This document shows positions 21,957 to 32,025 of a stretch of 64,000 nt of DNA, in pieces. The notes under the pieces were generated by a model. That model searched no databases. It was not told the origin of the DNA and saw only the letters and a program-made list of their open reading frames with translations. The stretch comes from a virus. The position numbers and the translations under genes were made by a program. The stretch lies in the IMG/VR virus record IMGVR_UViG_3300042507_005574; one strand, written 5' to 3'. Every line of letters starts with the position of its first letter. Position 1 is the stretch's first letter.

Positions 21957-22298
21957 ATGGCAATATCGATCAACAGAGACATGGATCAAGGATCAGACTT
22001 TTCTTTCTCTTATATTGTAAGAGGAAGTGACGGGTCTCCCACGGACATTTCAATAGGTTATACAGCATATTCACAGATGCGTAGATTTTACTCGTCAACA
22101 ACGGGAGTCAATTTAACCACATCAATAACAGGATCTACGGGCAATATTATAGTTTCTATGTCAGCAACAAATACTGCAAACATAAAGGCAGGAGTTTGGT
22201 TTTATGATGTGGAATTACATTCGAATGGCAGTGAAAATGTCCAAAGAGTAGTTCAAGGAATGATAACTGTTTATCCAGAAATTACGAAAATTTCTTGA
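21957..22298 (+). CDS. Small virion structural protein (BppU N-terminal-like fold)
   Basis: DQGSDF, GYTAYSQMRR, T.NIKAG.W.YDVE..RVVQG.ITV.P. Confidence 0.7.
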   Translation: MAISINRDMDQGSDFSFSYIVRGSDGSPTDISIGYTAYSQMRRFYSSTTGVNLTTSITGSTGNIIVSMSATNTANIKAGVWFYDVELHSNGSENVQRVVQGMITVYPEITKIS

Positions 22299-22326
22299 AC
22301 ATCTTATATCATCTCATAATCGATTG

Positions 22327-22333
22327 CTAAATA
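22327..22333 (+). promoter_or_regulatory. Late promoter motif CTAAATA upstream of glycosyltransferase
   Basis: Intergenic; same motif as before structural genes. Confidence 0.7.
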
Positions 22334-22366
22334 GTTCAGACTCAACAGTTCATAATGGAGATTAAA

Positions 22367-23563
22367 ATGGCTGAAACAGCGATTCTTGAGCCTACGATTC
22401 AAAACACGCAAACTAAGACGAATAAGAGCGGAATTCCTACGGTCAACCTTTGCATGATTGTAAAGGACGAGGCACATGTCATCGAAAGATGTCTTGCTTC
22501 CGTTCTTCCTGTGATCGATTATTGGGTTATTGTTGATACAGGTTCAACTGACGGAACGCAGCAAAGAATTAAGGATTTCTTTGATCGAAATGGCATCCCC
22601 GGTGAACTACACCAAAGCACTTGGACAGATTTCGGAACGAATAGAAGCGAGGCTCTAGAGTACGCCCAAAAGACAGGGCACGACTATAGCCTCATGATTG
22701 ATGCAGACGAGATTCTTGTTTTCGATCCTGGCTTTGATCCACAGACTTTCAAGAAGGGTCTAACTGCTGATCTCTACAATGTGTTTGCAATGTTTGGACA
22801 GACTAAGTACCATCGTCCACAATTGACAAGCAATCACAAGAAATTCTACTACCGTGGAATTCTTCATGAGTATGTTGATTGCCATGATCAGATCTCAACT
22901 AGAGATTTTGCCCGTGGATTTATCAATACTCCAATTCAAGATGGTAATAGATCTAAATCTGCTGATAAGTATGAGAAAGATGCAAGAGTATTTGAGGCAG
23001 CACTTGAATCAGGTAAGGTCGATGAGAAGGATCTAAACCGATATCATTTCTATCTTGCTCAGTCATACCGTGATTCGCAGCAGTGGGAAAAGTCACTTTC
23101 TGCATACTTGAAGAGAGCAGAACTTGGTGGTTGGAATGAAGAAGTTTTCTACTCGTACTATCAGGCGGGTAGAATCATGGAAATTCTCAACAAGTCATTC
23201 GATGAAATCGTCAAGACATATTTCCAAGCCTACCAGGCTGCCCCTTGGAGAGCAGAGAGCCTATGGGCTGCTGCTAGACTCTGTCGGACATACTGCCGCT
23301 GGGATCAGGCTTATCGCTTCGCCAAGCAGGCATTAAAGATTCGATATCCTGAAGGTGCTTTGTTTGTTGGTCAAGGTATCTACGAGTGGGCAATCCTTGA
23401 TGAATTTGCTATTTCATCATATTGGACTGAGCATTATCGTGAATCTCGTCTAGCATCAATGCAACTTTTAAATGATGGTAAGTTCCCGCAAGACCAGAAA
23501 GAAAGAATTGAAGCAAACCTCAAGTTCGCCACGGAGGCTCTGTTAACAGAGCCAAATGGGTGA
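22367..23563 (+). CDS. Family-2 glycosyltransferase with C-terminal TPR repeats
   Basis: LCMIVKDE..VIERCL.S, VIVDTGSTDGT, DF..NR..AL, DxD motif IDADE, YRG.LHE, FYLAQSY helical repeats; GGAG RBS favours ATG 22367. Confidence 0.92.
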   Translation: MAETAILEPTIQNTQTKTNKSGIPTVNLCMIVKDEAHVIERCLASVLPVIDYWVIVDTGSTDGTQQRIKDFFDRNGIPGELHQSTWTDFGTNRSEALEYAQKTGHDYSLMIDADEILVFDPGFDPQTFKKGLTADLYNVFAMFGQTKYHRPQLTSNHKKFYYRGILHEYVDCHDQISTRDFARGFINTPIQDGNRSKSADKYEKDARVFEAALESGKVDEKDLNRYHFYLAQSYRDSQQWEKSLSAYLKRAELGGWNEEVFYSYYQAGRIMEILNKSFDEIVKTYFQAYQAAPWRAESLWAAARLCRTYCRWDQAYRFAKQALKIRYPEGALFVGQGIYEWAILDEFAISSYWTEHYRESRLASMQLLNDGKFPQDQKERIEANLKFATEALLTEPNG

Positions 23564-23590
23564 TACTTGGTGGACTGAGTAGTTTGCTGT

Positions 23591-23597
23591 CTAAATA
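23591..23597 (+). promoter_or_regulatory. Late promoter motif CTAAATA
   Basis: Intergenic, upstream of second tail fibre. Confidence 0.7.
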
Positions 23598-23621
23598 GTC
23601 AAGTTACATAAGGACTAACGG

Positions 23622-26600
23622 ATGGCATTTAGCGCACTACCAATTCAAGGGGGCGGATCCAGTGACGGACGCTCCATCAGAAACACTATCACGCAAGTCG
23701 GCCACTCCTTTCAGCCAGGAATGGTTGTCAGGCGTGATAGTGCTACTGGTTTATATGTTGTTGCCAGAGCAAATACTATAGCAAACTCAAACTCATGCGG
23801 TATAGTTGAGTCTGTTACTGCAAACACATTTGTTCTTGTTTACCAGGGAGAAATGGATTTTGGTTCTGCTACAATATCAATTGATGACGGTTCGACTAGT
23901 TTAACAAATGGTTTTGTGTACTATCTTTCACCTGGTAGTGGTACACAGGGCTATCTGACACCTACTGCACCTACTGATCAGTCAGCAATTTATCATCCTC
24001 TTTTTGTAGCAACTGCAAATAAAAACGGATTAGTAATTAATGCATTACCTAGACCAGGTGGTGGCGGTGGAGAAGGATCTTCTCTTTTCACACCTGTCGG
24101 CTCTATAATTTCTTGGGGCGGCAAGGCAAATGAAGTTCCTCAAAATTGGATGTTGTGTGCTGGTGATGCACTAGGCAAGAGCGAATATTCTACGCTTTAT
24201 AGCAAGATAGGCGATTCATATAAGATAATTGGTTTGGAAAATGCAATTTCAACTGGAGTAACGGCTAATGATAGACTCAGTTTGAAGTTCATTGAGGAAC
24301 TTGAAGATAAACCAGCAGCGGGTCCGGGAAGCAGTAATATACACAATATTGTTGTCGGATCAAAATATAAACTGAGTTGGAATGCAGATGACAGCATTGT
24401 TGTTGCAGATGTTGTTGCCATTGATGACCCCAATAAAACTGTTACATTTAGATATATCAATGACCATCCAGATACTACAACCGCTCACACATCAACTCGT
24501 TTTGGTGATTTGAGCGGTGGAGTCGTATCAACAATTACAGTTCAATCTCTAGCACATGGAGAAGTGACTGGAATTACTAGTGACTATTTCTTCGTTCCTG
24601 ATCTTCGTGCTAGAACCATATTCGGAGTAGGATCAAGTGTTGGATTGACTTCAACGGGATTTAGTCGTGGTGACATTGCAGGATCTCAAACGCATCTTCT
24701 TACAGAAGATGAAATGCCGAGTCACTCACACGACAGTAAAGTCACCTCTACTACCACATCAGCAGGATCATACTATTTAAATGTTGCCGCAGGACAACCC
24801 ACACAAGCCGCTACATTCCAATCAACTTTAGCATCTTCAGAAGTAACAGGTAGTGATGATGCGTTTAGCATCTTGCCACCTTATGTTTCTTGTAATTGGA
24901 TTATTCGTTGGAAAAATCCTGGCGGGATTTTGATAGATGAATGTCTTCCTGGTCCAACCGGTCCAATGGGAAATACAGGTAATACTGGCCCAACAGGACC
25001 GCCCGGCCCTCCAGGACCGGGTGGCGGCGGTGGACCTCCTGGTCCTCCTGGTGAAAATGGCAGCAATGGTCCTCCTGGTCCTCCAGGTGAGGCATGTCCC
25101 TGCGAAGCAACAGAAGGGGCTTTCCTTGAGACATCAGTTTTCGTTGGAGAAAACACGATTTATGATGGCAGCAGAATTCCTCCTGTAACATCTACTACAC
25201 TATCTCGTCTCTCGGGATCCGTTAATCATCCTACTAATTGGAATTATTTTACAGATAGACTAACGAACAACAACACACCCTTCTCTCAATTCTTCAATGG
25301 GGTTCAGCATTTCAATGAAATCAATCCGCAAGAACCTGCTGACCTAACACAACTTGAAAGTTCATATAGATCTGTTTTCGCTATGCCAACTCGGTATCAG
25401 GAAAGAGATATAAGTAGCACAACCAATTTAATACTGGTTGAGGAAAGAAAAGACGAAAACTCAAAGCAAATGAATTTCGTCTTCTTGCCCGGTGTCTATG
25501 AGATGGACAAACCCTTCTCAGTATTCGGGACGAGAAAAATAGCAATTGGCGGTGGGCCTGGATCCGTTGTTGAAATCCCGATAAGTCAAGTTGGAATTGA
25601 TTATGCTTATTCTGCCACAGGTGCTACGGAAAACAATCGTTTCTACTTGAAGTGTCTTGCTAGTACAACCGGACACGCAAACCCATTAGTTGCAACGGGA
25701 AATTATGCACTCATTGAAGGTAGACACTTGAGATTCACAAATGTTGTTCCTTTAGGTTACACTGCGGGAACTTCGGTTGGTGGATACACCGGAGCATCGG
25801 GAGCAACATTCGGTTTCTTGACTTCTTTACTTGGTTCTTATCCTTGCGTTCTCAATGGATGGGCTACAGGGGGATCGAAGAATTCAAGTTTCACCCTTGA
25901 AGTTCCACACAATCCTGTCACTGTGATTGCAACAACTGGTGCTTCACTTCCTCCACTTGGAGTTCCTTATGGGGCAACATTTGGTACAGGTGCAGGACAA
26001 GCATCTGGATTGTCAGCAATGACAATCATGAAAACCATTTTCCATGTGAATAATGATAATGGATTCTTGGTTGCAGATAGAAACACAAATGTTTATATCG
26101 GTGGTGGATCAGATACTTTCAATCTCCAACCAATCATGATTGTAAATATTGCGGACCCTGACACAAATGTTGAAGGGAATAGTAAAATAACATCTAATTC
26201 AGTTGGAATTCAGTCCGCAGGTAATGTGTTTATTGCTGACAGAGTGGGGATTTATGGGTTCCCGACAGCGGTTCATATAACTGATACCGGAAGAGCAGTT
26301 ATAAACAAAGCATCTTTTGTAGGTAATTATTCTGCTATTGCATCTGATGGTGGATCTTTATCTGTGAAGGGAGCAATCGTAAATAGAAACGAATTTGGTG
26401 TTTCACTTGCATCGGGAGCAAAAGCAGAAATAAAGGATAGTACTGTTTTTGCTAGAAATGGTGTAGCAATAGTTGCGAATAGTTCAAGAGTATTCTTAGA
26501 TGATCCGTCTAAAGATAGTGCTGCCATTATTCGTTCTTCGCCTGCTCTTGTTGCCTTCAACTCAAGTATTAGAGTTGGAAACATAGTTGCTGATGCACCA

Positions 26601-26969
26601 GTTTCTTGGTTAGGGGCATCGGGACACTCAGGAGGCACAGCACAAGTTTCGGGATCAGGAACATTGCGTCCGAATGAGCCTGGAGTTTCACCGAAAGATT
26701 ATGCGATATTTGCCTCTGGATGTGATTTCACATATCACGATCCGAGTCTTTACGGAGGGAAATCTCAGATCCCAACAATCTCTGCGGTCGCATCGGATAT
26801 TTCTGTTAAAGCAACATCAAGGGATGTTGCCGCCGCAACCATAATTTCTCAAAGGTCTTTCATTAATTTTGACTCAAGTAGTGTGAACACTACGAGTGCT
26901 AGATCCGGACCAAAGAGTACAACTAATATATTCTCAGATAAGTCAACATATTCTCCACCTAAGGTTTAA
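23622..26969 (+). CDS. Tail fibre/spike with collar domain, collagen-like segment and C-terminal beta-helix-like region
   Basis: [20 protein letters not shown]...FFVPDLR...WIIR; GPT/GPP triplets; C-terminal ~21-aa repeats with GN/RN..AI/GV. Confidence 0.8.
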   Translation: MAFSALPIQGGGSSDGRSIRNTITQVGHSFQPGMVVRRDSATGLYVVARANTIANSNSCGIVESVTANTFVLVYQGEMDFGSATISIDDGSTSLTNGFVYYLSPGSGTQGYLTPTAPTDQSAIYHPLFVATANKNGLVINALPRPGGGGGEGSSLFTPVGSIISWGGKANEVPQNWMLCAGDALGKSEYSTLYSKIGDSYKIIGLENAISTGVTANDRLSLKFIEELEDKPAAGPGSSNIHNIVVGSKYKLSWNADDSIVVADVVAIDDPNKTVTFRYINDHPDTTTAHTSTRFGDLSGGVVSTITVQSLAHGEVTGITSDYFFVPDLRARTIFGVGSSVGLTSTGFSRGDIAGSQTHLLTEDEMPSHSHDSKVTSTTTSAGSYYLNVAAGQPTQAATFQSTLASSEVTGSDDAFSILPPYVSCNWIIRWKNPGGILIDECLPGPTGPMGNTGNTGPTGPPGPPGPGGGGGPPGPPGENGSNGPPGPPGEACPCEATEGAFLETSVFVGENTIYDGSRIPPVTSTTLSRLSGSVNHPTNWNYFTDRLTNNNTPFSQFFNGVQHFNEINPQEPADLTQLESSYRSVFAMPTRYQERDISSTTNLILVEERKDENSKQMNFVFLPGVYEMDKPFSVFGTRKIAIGGGPGSVVEIPISQVGIDYAYSATGATENNRFYLKCLASTTGHANPLVATGNYALIEGRHLRFTNVVPLGYTAGTSVGGYTGASGATFGFLTSLLGSYPCVLNGWATGGSKNSSFTLEVPHNPVTVIATTGASLPPLGVPYGATFGTGAGQASGLSAMTIMKTIFHVNNDNGFLVADRNTNVYIGGGSDTFNLQPIMIVNIADPDTNVEGNSKITSNSVGIQSAGNVFIADRVGIYGFPTAVHITDTGRAVINKASFVGNYSAIASDGGSLSVKGAIVNRNEFGVSLASGAKAEIKDSTVFARNGVAIVANSSRVFLDDPSKDSAAIIRSSPALVAFNSSIRVGNIVADAPVSWLGASGHSGGTAQVSGSGTLRPNEPGVSPKDYAIFASGCDFTYHDPSLYGGKSQIPTISAVASDISVKATSRDVAAATIISQRSFINFDSSSVNTTSARSGPKSTTNIFSDKSTYSPPKV
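24951..25091 (+). repeat. Collagen-like Gly-X-Y repeat within tail fibre
   Basis: [47 protein letters not shown]. Confidence 0.9.
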
Positions 26970-26972
26970 CGC

Positions 26973-27515
26973 ATGGCATCTTTCAAACAAATCGGCAATA
27001 AAATATTCATAGATGGGTTGGAGATTCCATTTGAAGTTTTTAAAATTCTTGAGCCAAACTATAACCCTCAGTCGGGTATGGAGGCTTTGAATTATAATGG
27101 TGAAGTTTTGGTAGTTCGCACAAATGGAATAACAAGCACTATTAGTGGAAAATGGAAAGACGGTGAGAGATACATTCAAAGGAAGAAAGATTTTATTTCT
27201 CTCCTAGGAATGCTCCGAAAAGAAGACAGCGAGGTTAACGAAGAAGTAAATGCAATTACTGATCCTTCTGGATGTAGGAAAAACGCATTTCCGAACATTG
27301 ATGAACTCGTAGTCGCTCTATGGGAACACATAGTTGAAAAAAAGAGCCTAAATGATTCTGGAATAGATGAACTTCAGATGAAGAGGATTAGTGTAAAGGA
27401 TAAATACCCTCTGAAGGAGACATCGAATGCCAGCGATAAACTCACGGGAGAAACTGAAGGATTACTGCCTAAGGGCACTCGGCGCACCCGTAGTCGAAAT
27501 AAACATAGCGGATGA
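26973..27515 (+). CDS. Tail-fibre-associated protein (assembly-chaperone-like)
   Basis: RKNAFPNIDELVVALWE...VKDKYP motif, commonly found next to phage fibres; 3' end overlaps gp13 by 89 nt. Confidence 0.55.
   Translation: MASFKQIGNKIFIDGLEIPFEVFKILEPNYNPQSGMEALNYNGEVLVVRTNGITSTISGKWKDGERYIQRKKDFISLLGMLRKEDSEVNEEVNAITDPSGCRKNAFPNIDELVVALWEHIVEKKSLNDSGIDELQMKRISVKDKYPLKETSNASDKLTGETEGLLPKGTRRTRSRNKHSG
27400..27406 (+). promoter_or_regulatory. Late promoter motif ATAAATA upstream of gp13
   Basis: Followed by AAGGAG RBS and ATG 27427. Confidence 0.6.
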
Positions 27516-28263
27516 ACAAATTGAAGATCGTCTTGATGACGCTCTCCGCTTCTTCTCCGAATACCATTTCGATGGTGTTGAAAAAGTATACCTGAAATAT
27601 CAGGTTACTGCTACTGATATCACTCGGGGATATATTGAACTCAAGGCAACAAATAGAAAAGAAATCGGTGGCGGATTAGAAAACGCAGATGCCATATTTG
27701 ACGCTACTGAAGAAGGTAGAACTGATGAAGATGTCTTGGTCGAAAACCTCATAACGAGTGTAACTAGAATATTCCCATTCACTCAGCAGTCGGTCGGCAT
27801 GTTCGATATTAGATATCAATATGCACTAAATGATCTTTATACATTTGGAACGATTGATTTAGTTCAATACGATCTAACCCAACAGTACCTCACACTCCTC
27901 AGACAATATTTGTCTCCAGACAAGAGTGTTAGATTTAATAGAGTTCAAAATCGTCTTTACATAGACATGAATTGGTCTCAGCAAGTTGCACCAGGATCTT
28001 ATTTGATTATAGAGTGCTACAGAATATTAGACCCAAGAATTTACCCTGAAATTTATGAAGACAGACTGTTGAAGAGGTATGCAACAGCACTAATGAAAAA
28101 GCAATGGGGCGTTAATCTCAGTAAATATAGCGGAGTCAAATTACCCGGTGATATTACTTTGAGAGGAACTGAGATAGCCCAAGAAGCAACAACAGAAATT
28201 GAAAATCTTGAAAAAGAAATCATTTCGAAGTACGAACTACCAGCAGATTTTATGATGGGATAA
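27427..28263 (+). CDS. gp13: Neck protein gp13
   Basis: LKDYCLRALGAPVVEINIADEQIEDRLDDAL.FF.EYHFDG, LKRYATALMKKQWG.NL.KY.GV.LPG. Confidence 0.95.
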   Translation: MPAINSREKLKDYCLRALGAPVVEINIADEQIEDRLDDALRFFSEYHFDGVEKVYLKYQVTATDITRGYIELKATNRKEIGGGLENADAIFDATEEGRTDEDVLVENLITSVTRIFPFTQQSVGMFDIRYQYALNDLYTFGTIDLVQYDLTQQYLTLLRQYLSPDKSVRFNRVQNRLYIDMNWSQQVAPGSYLIIECYRILDPRIYPEIYEDRLLKRYATALMKKQWGVNLSKYSGVKLPGDITLRGTEIAQEATTEIENLEKEIISKYELPADFMMG

Positions 28264-28264
28264 A

Positions 28265-29158
28265 ATGGCACTTAATCCATACATCAGACTCAACAATCAA
28301 AACTATCTTCCAGAACAAAATCTGGTTGAGGATCTTACCATTGAAGCAATTAAAATTCATGGTATGGAGATGTATTATATTCCAAGAAGTTTGGTTAAGC
28401 GAGATGATTTATTTGGAGAGTCTCGGTATTCCAAATTCAATACCTTCAAAATGATAGAAATGTACATGGATACAACACAAGCGTTTGAAGGTGGAGACAC
28501 ATTCACTAAATTTGGATTTGAAGTCCGTGATAGTGTCAAGTTTACAGTATCAAGAAAAAGATTCATCAGAGAAACAGGAATGCAAAGACCTTTAGAAGGT
28601 GATTTGTTATTCTTACCTCTTAATCGTGGATTATTTGAGATCAAATTTGTTGAACACGAAAACCCGTTTTATCAATTGGGAAAATTATTTTCTTACCAAT
28701 TGACATGTGAACTATTCCAGTACAGTGAGGAAGAATTCAATACGGGTGTAAATGAAATAGATGCGATCAACGATGAAACTGGATACAAGGTTGAACTTAC
28801 CTTGGGGGGTGTCTATGGAACAGGATCTTTCGCAAAAGGCGACATCGTATATCAATACCAAGACGGTCAAACTACGGGAGGATATGAGGGAGAAACTGCA
28901 CGGGCGAAAGTTTACCTATACGACAGCGGAGGGGCTGCGCCGATACTTTCTCTTACCGATGTTTCTGGCAAGTGGTTGTATAGCACAAGTTCGTCATTGA
29001 AGTATCTTGTGAATAAAGACAATTCACTATACGCAGAGGTCTTTGGTATTAATGATAAGATGGGTATAGGGAATGAGGCTAAAAATAATGAGATTGAAAA
29101 CGAATCGTTGGATGTTTTGAACTTTGATGAGAACAATCCGTTCGGAGAATTATTTTAA
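28265..29158 (+). CDS. gp14: Neck protein gp14
   Basis: EQNLVEDL..EAIKIHG..MYYIPR, FTKFG.EVRD, RPLEGDL, FEIKFVEHENPFYQLG, F.E.NPFG. Confidence 0.95.
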   Translation: MALNPYIRLNNQNYLPEQNLVEDLTIEAIKIHGMEMYYIPRSLVKRDDLFGESRYSKFNTFKMIEMYMDTTQAFEGGDTFTKFGFEVRDSVKFTVSRKRFIRETGMQRPLEGDLLFLPLNRGLFEIKFVEHENPFYQLGKLFSYQLTCELFQYSEEEFNTGVNEIDAINDETGYKVELTLGGVYGTGSFAKGDIVYQYQDGQTTGGYEGETARAKVYLYDSGGAAPILSLTDVSGKWLYSTSSSLKYLVNKDNSLYAEVFGINDKMGIGNEAKNNEIENESLDVLNFDENNPFGELF

Positions 29159-31551
29159 TGACTGACTATTATTACCACAGCACGATTAGAAAAGTTGTAG
29201 TTGCTTTCGCATCTCTGTTCAATGACATTTATATTTCTAGAAAAGATGAAGATGGCAAAGAAATTGAACGATTTAGAGTTCCAATTGCTTATGGACCAAA
29301 ACAAAAATTTCTTGCGAGATTAGATAAACTTGGGACTAATTTTGATCAGTCAGTCAAATTGGAAACTTATCTTCCGAGATTATCATTTGAAATATCAAAT
29401 TTACAATACGATTCATCAAGGAAGTTAAACACAATCCAAAAGACAATAGGGATTGGTTCAGACAATCAACCATACGCTCGTTATGAACGAGTTCCATACA
29501 ACATATCATTTACCTTGAGTATAATGTCAAAAACTATGGATGATAATTTACAGATAATGGAACAGATACTTCCGATGTTTGGTCCCGAATTTACATTCAC
29601 AATCAAAGCAATTGACCCGACAGACATGGATGTGGATATTCCTTTAGTTTTTTCTTCATCTACTCTCAGCGATGGAGATGATGGTAGTTACGGAGATTAT
29701 GGTACAAGGAAGATCACGGTATCAAACATACAATTTGTGGCTAAGATGTATCTTTATGGTCCTGTGGCAAAACAGAAAATAATCACTGAAACTGATATTA
29801 GATTAATTGATTCTAAATTTATAGATTCAATGTTAGACCCGCCACCAACATATTCTACCATTAATGCAATACCGATGGTTGGAGTTGATGCACAAGAGTA
29901 TAATCCGAATGCTGGACTAGGAGCAACTAATGGAGCAGAAATTTCTATAGTCGGAGGAGATTATGGGGAAACCATATATCTTGCGCCGTCACTATTTGGA
30001 ATATCCTCTTTCCGCATGGACGAAAGACAATTTGAATCCCCTACTATAGGTGTTTGGGATAAAATTTCACAAACGATGGCAAATTCTTATGATGTTTGGA
30101 ATGTTCGAAGAGGATACAGGATATCTGCATCTGTTGTTGGAAATCCTAGTTCCAAAGAATGGAGAAATTGGTTTATTTTTGCCTGTCAAGTTTTTGGTTT
30201 AAAACCAAGTGGATATGATGAATTATATCCACCAAATGGGAAACTAATCGATCTACCACCAGCAGACTTGAATTTAATACCTGTTTCTTCGTCTTTAGAT
30301 TGTAATAATCAAACTGTAGAGTGTTTTGAGTGCGAACAATATTGGAACAAGTATTTCGCCTCAACAGTCAACACGGTCAACACGAATAGAATGCTGATAG
30401 ATCCACAAACTCTTCCACCTGGACCACCAGGAGAAACTGGAAGTTGGTATGGACCAGAATTTGTTGATCCTGCTCGGTTAGATGATATATTTCCGACTGA
30501 TCTTCCTAATTTTCCTGATGAGGAATGGGCAACTCCACTTGGAACCATACCTAAATTTCCATGCTCATTCCCATCAGAATTACCAGAGGGACCACATCAT
30601 CCTAGTCATGATTTCTGGCCTGTTCCACCCGCAGAACTTGTAGCAGCATGTTGTAATGCTGAGATGCAAGATGACCCTACTACATATCCATGTAGAGGAA
30701 GACCATTTGGTGTTTATGGTACGCCTGGCGCACCTTGTATTCTATTATCGCAATGGTGGACTAATTGGCTTGTAAGATTGAACGACTTAAAAGAACAATA
30801 TGTCGATAGGGCAAATCCTGCACTTTTAAATAGAAGATCAAAGTTAGTTCCCGCTTGGATTGTCGATGAGGGATATGTTCCATATGTACCGGCTGATCCA
30901 ACTATTCCTCTAGAGGATCTTGAGCGAAAATACAATTTGTGTAGAGCCTCACGAGGACCACTTATAGATTGTTTTGAGAGTTATCCAAATGATCCTGATC
31001 GGCCATATCGTCAGCCCGATGTTGGCGATCCAGAATTAGTTCCACTTACACCTCATTGGTGGGATTTTTGGAATGGGAGAATACGAGAATATAATAGAAG
31101 AATAAGAGAAGGTAATCCGTGTCCTTACCCTCTTGAATTGCCAGTCTTGAACTATGTGTGGTTTGCTAGAATGACAACCATAATTTCTCGGTTTTGCACC
31201 AGTCCTGAGTTTGCGGCTGGGCGTGGACCCTCGCCTTGTGGATTTATGATACAATGTCCTAGTGGATTAATGACTTTTTCTCCTCATGGATTTAGACCCG
31301 ATGGAGTGTCACCACTAACACCAAATGGATGGGGATTAGATGGCATTCCACAGCCAGAGGAATTCTGGAAACCTTGGAGGTATTATCCTGCAAATCAAAA
31401 TGGTTGTTTCTTGTGGGTTCAACCGACTCTGACTAATTGCAATACGCTTCCAAATGGCGACTGTCTGTGCCTTAATCCTGAAAATAATGTTTATAGTGTA
31501 GTTCCAAAAGACTTTTGTGGCGGCGCACAACCACAATTAAATCCACAATGA
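29158..31551 (+). CDS. gp15: Tail sheath stabiliser/terminator gp15 with a long Cys/Pro/Trp-rich C-terminal extension
   Basis: YYHSTIRKVVVAF..LFNDI, VPIAYGPKQKFLARL, LPRLSFE, YD..RK, PYNI.F.L.I, QIMEQILP.F.P, YLYGPV in the first ~210 aa. Confidence 0.88.
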   Translation: MTDYYYHSTIRKVVVAFASLFNDIYISRKDEDGKEIERFRVPIAYGPKQKFLARLDKLGTNFDQSVKLETYLPRLSFEISNLQYDSSRKLNTIQKTIGIGSDNQPYARYERVPYNISFTLSIMSKTMDDNLQIMEQILPMFGPEFTFTIKAIDPTDMDVDIPLVFSSSTLSDGDDGSYGDYGTRKITVSNIQFVAKMYLYGPVAKQKIITETDIRLIDSKFIDSMLDPPPTYSTINAIPMVGVDAQEYNPNAGLGATNGAEISIVGGDYGETIYLAPSLFGISSFRMDERQFESPTIGVWDKISQTMANSYDVWNVRRGYRISASVVGNPSSKEWRNWFIFACQVFGLKPSGYDELYPPNGKLIDLPPADLNLIPVSSSLDCNNQTVECFECEQYWNKYFASTVNTVNTNRMLIDPQTLPPGPPGETGSWYGPEFVDPARLDDIFPTDLPNFPDEEWATPLGTIPKFPCSFPSELPEGPHHPSHDFWPVPPAELVAACCNAEMQDDPTTYPCRGRPFGVYGTPGAPCILLSQWWTNWLVRLNDLKEQYVDRANPALLNRRSKLVPAWIVDEGYVPYVPADPTIPLEDLERKYNLCRASRGPLIDCFESYPNDPDRPYRQPDVGDPELVPLTPHWWDFWNGRIREYNRRIREGNPCPYPLELPVLNYVWFARMTTIISRFCTSPEFAAGRGPSPCGFMIQCPSGLMTFSPHGFRPDGVSPLTPNGWGLDGIPQPEEFWKPWRYYPANQNGCFLWVQPTLTNCNTLPNGDCLCLNPENNVYSVVPKDFCGGAQPQLNPQ

Positions 31552-31563
31552 GAAAGAGTAATT

Positions 31564-32025
31564 ATGTTGAATTCGAACGATAAAATTTCAGAGGAATTGA
31601 ATATTGCACCTGAATATAGAGAAGAAGTCAATGGATCTGATTCAAGGCAGATAGAAATATCAGGTAAAACTTACAAACCAAATGAAGCCGATGACGATTA
31701 CAATGAAGTCAGAAGAAATCTGAAGGTTGTGATTGAGCAATCCAATAGTGCTATACAGGGGATTCTTGAATTGGCTGAGGACAGTCAGCAACCTAGAGCA
31801 TATGAAGTTGTTGCACAATTAATTGGACAGACTCTAGAGGCAAATACACGACTCATCGACTTGCATCGTCGCATGAGAGATATAAAGAAAGAAGACGGCC
31901 CATTAAAAGCAACAAATGTGACTAATAACAGTATTTTTGTTGGCAGCACGGCAGAGTTGCAGAAAATGATAAAGGCTCAACAAAAACAGATAATTGATGT
32001 GTCCCCAATTCAAGAATCCAAATAA
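31564..32025 (+). CDS. gp16: Terminase small subunit gp16
   Basis: DDYNEVRRNL, PRAYEVVAQLI, TNNSIFVGSTAELQKM. Confidence 0.93.
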   Translation: MLNSNDKISEELNIAPEYREEVNGSDSRQIEISGKTYKPNEADDDYNEVRRNLKVVIEQSNSAIQGILELAEDSQQPRAYEVVAQLIGQTLEANTRLIDLHRRMRDIKKEDGPLKATNVTNNSIFVGSTAELQKMIKAQQKQIIDVSPIQESK

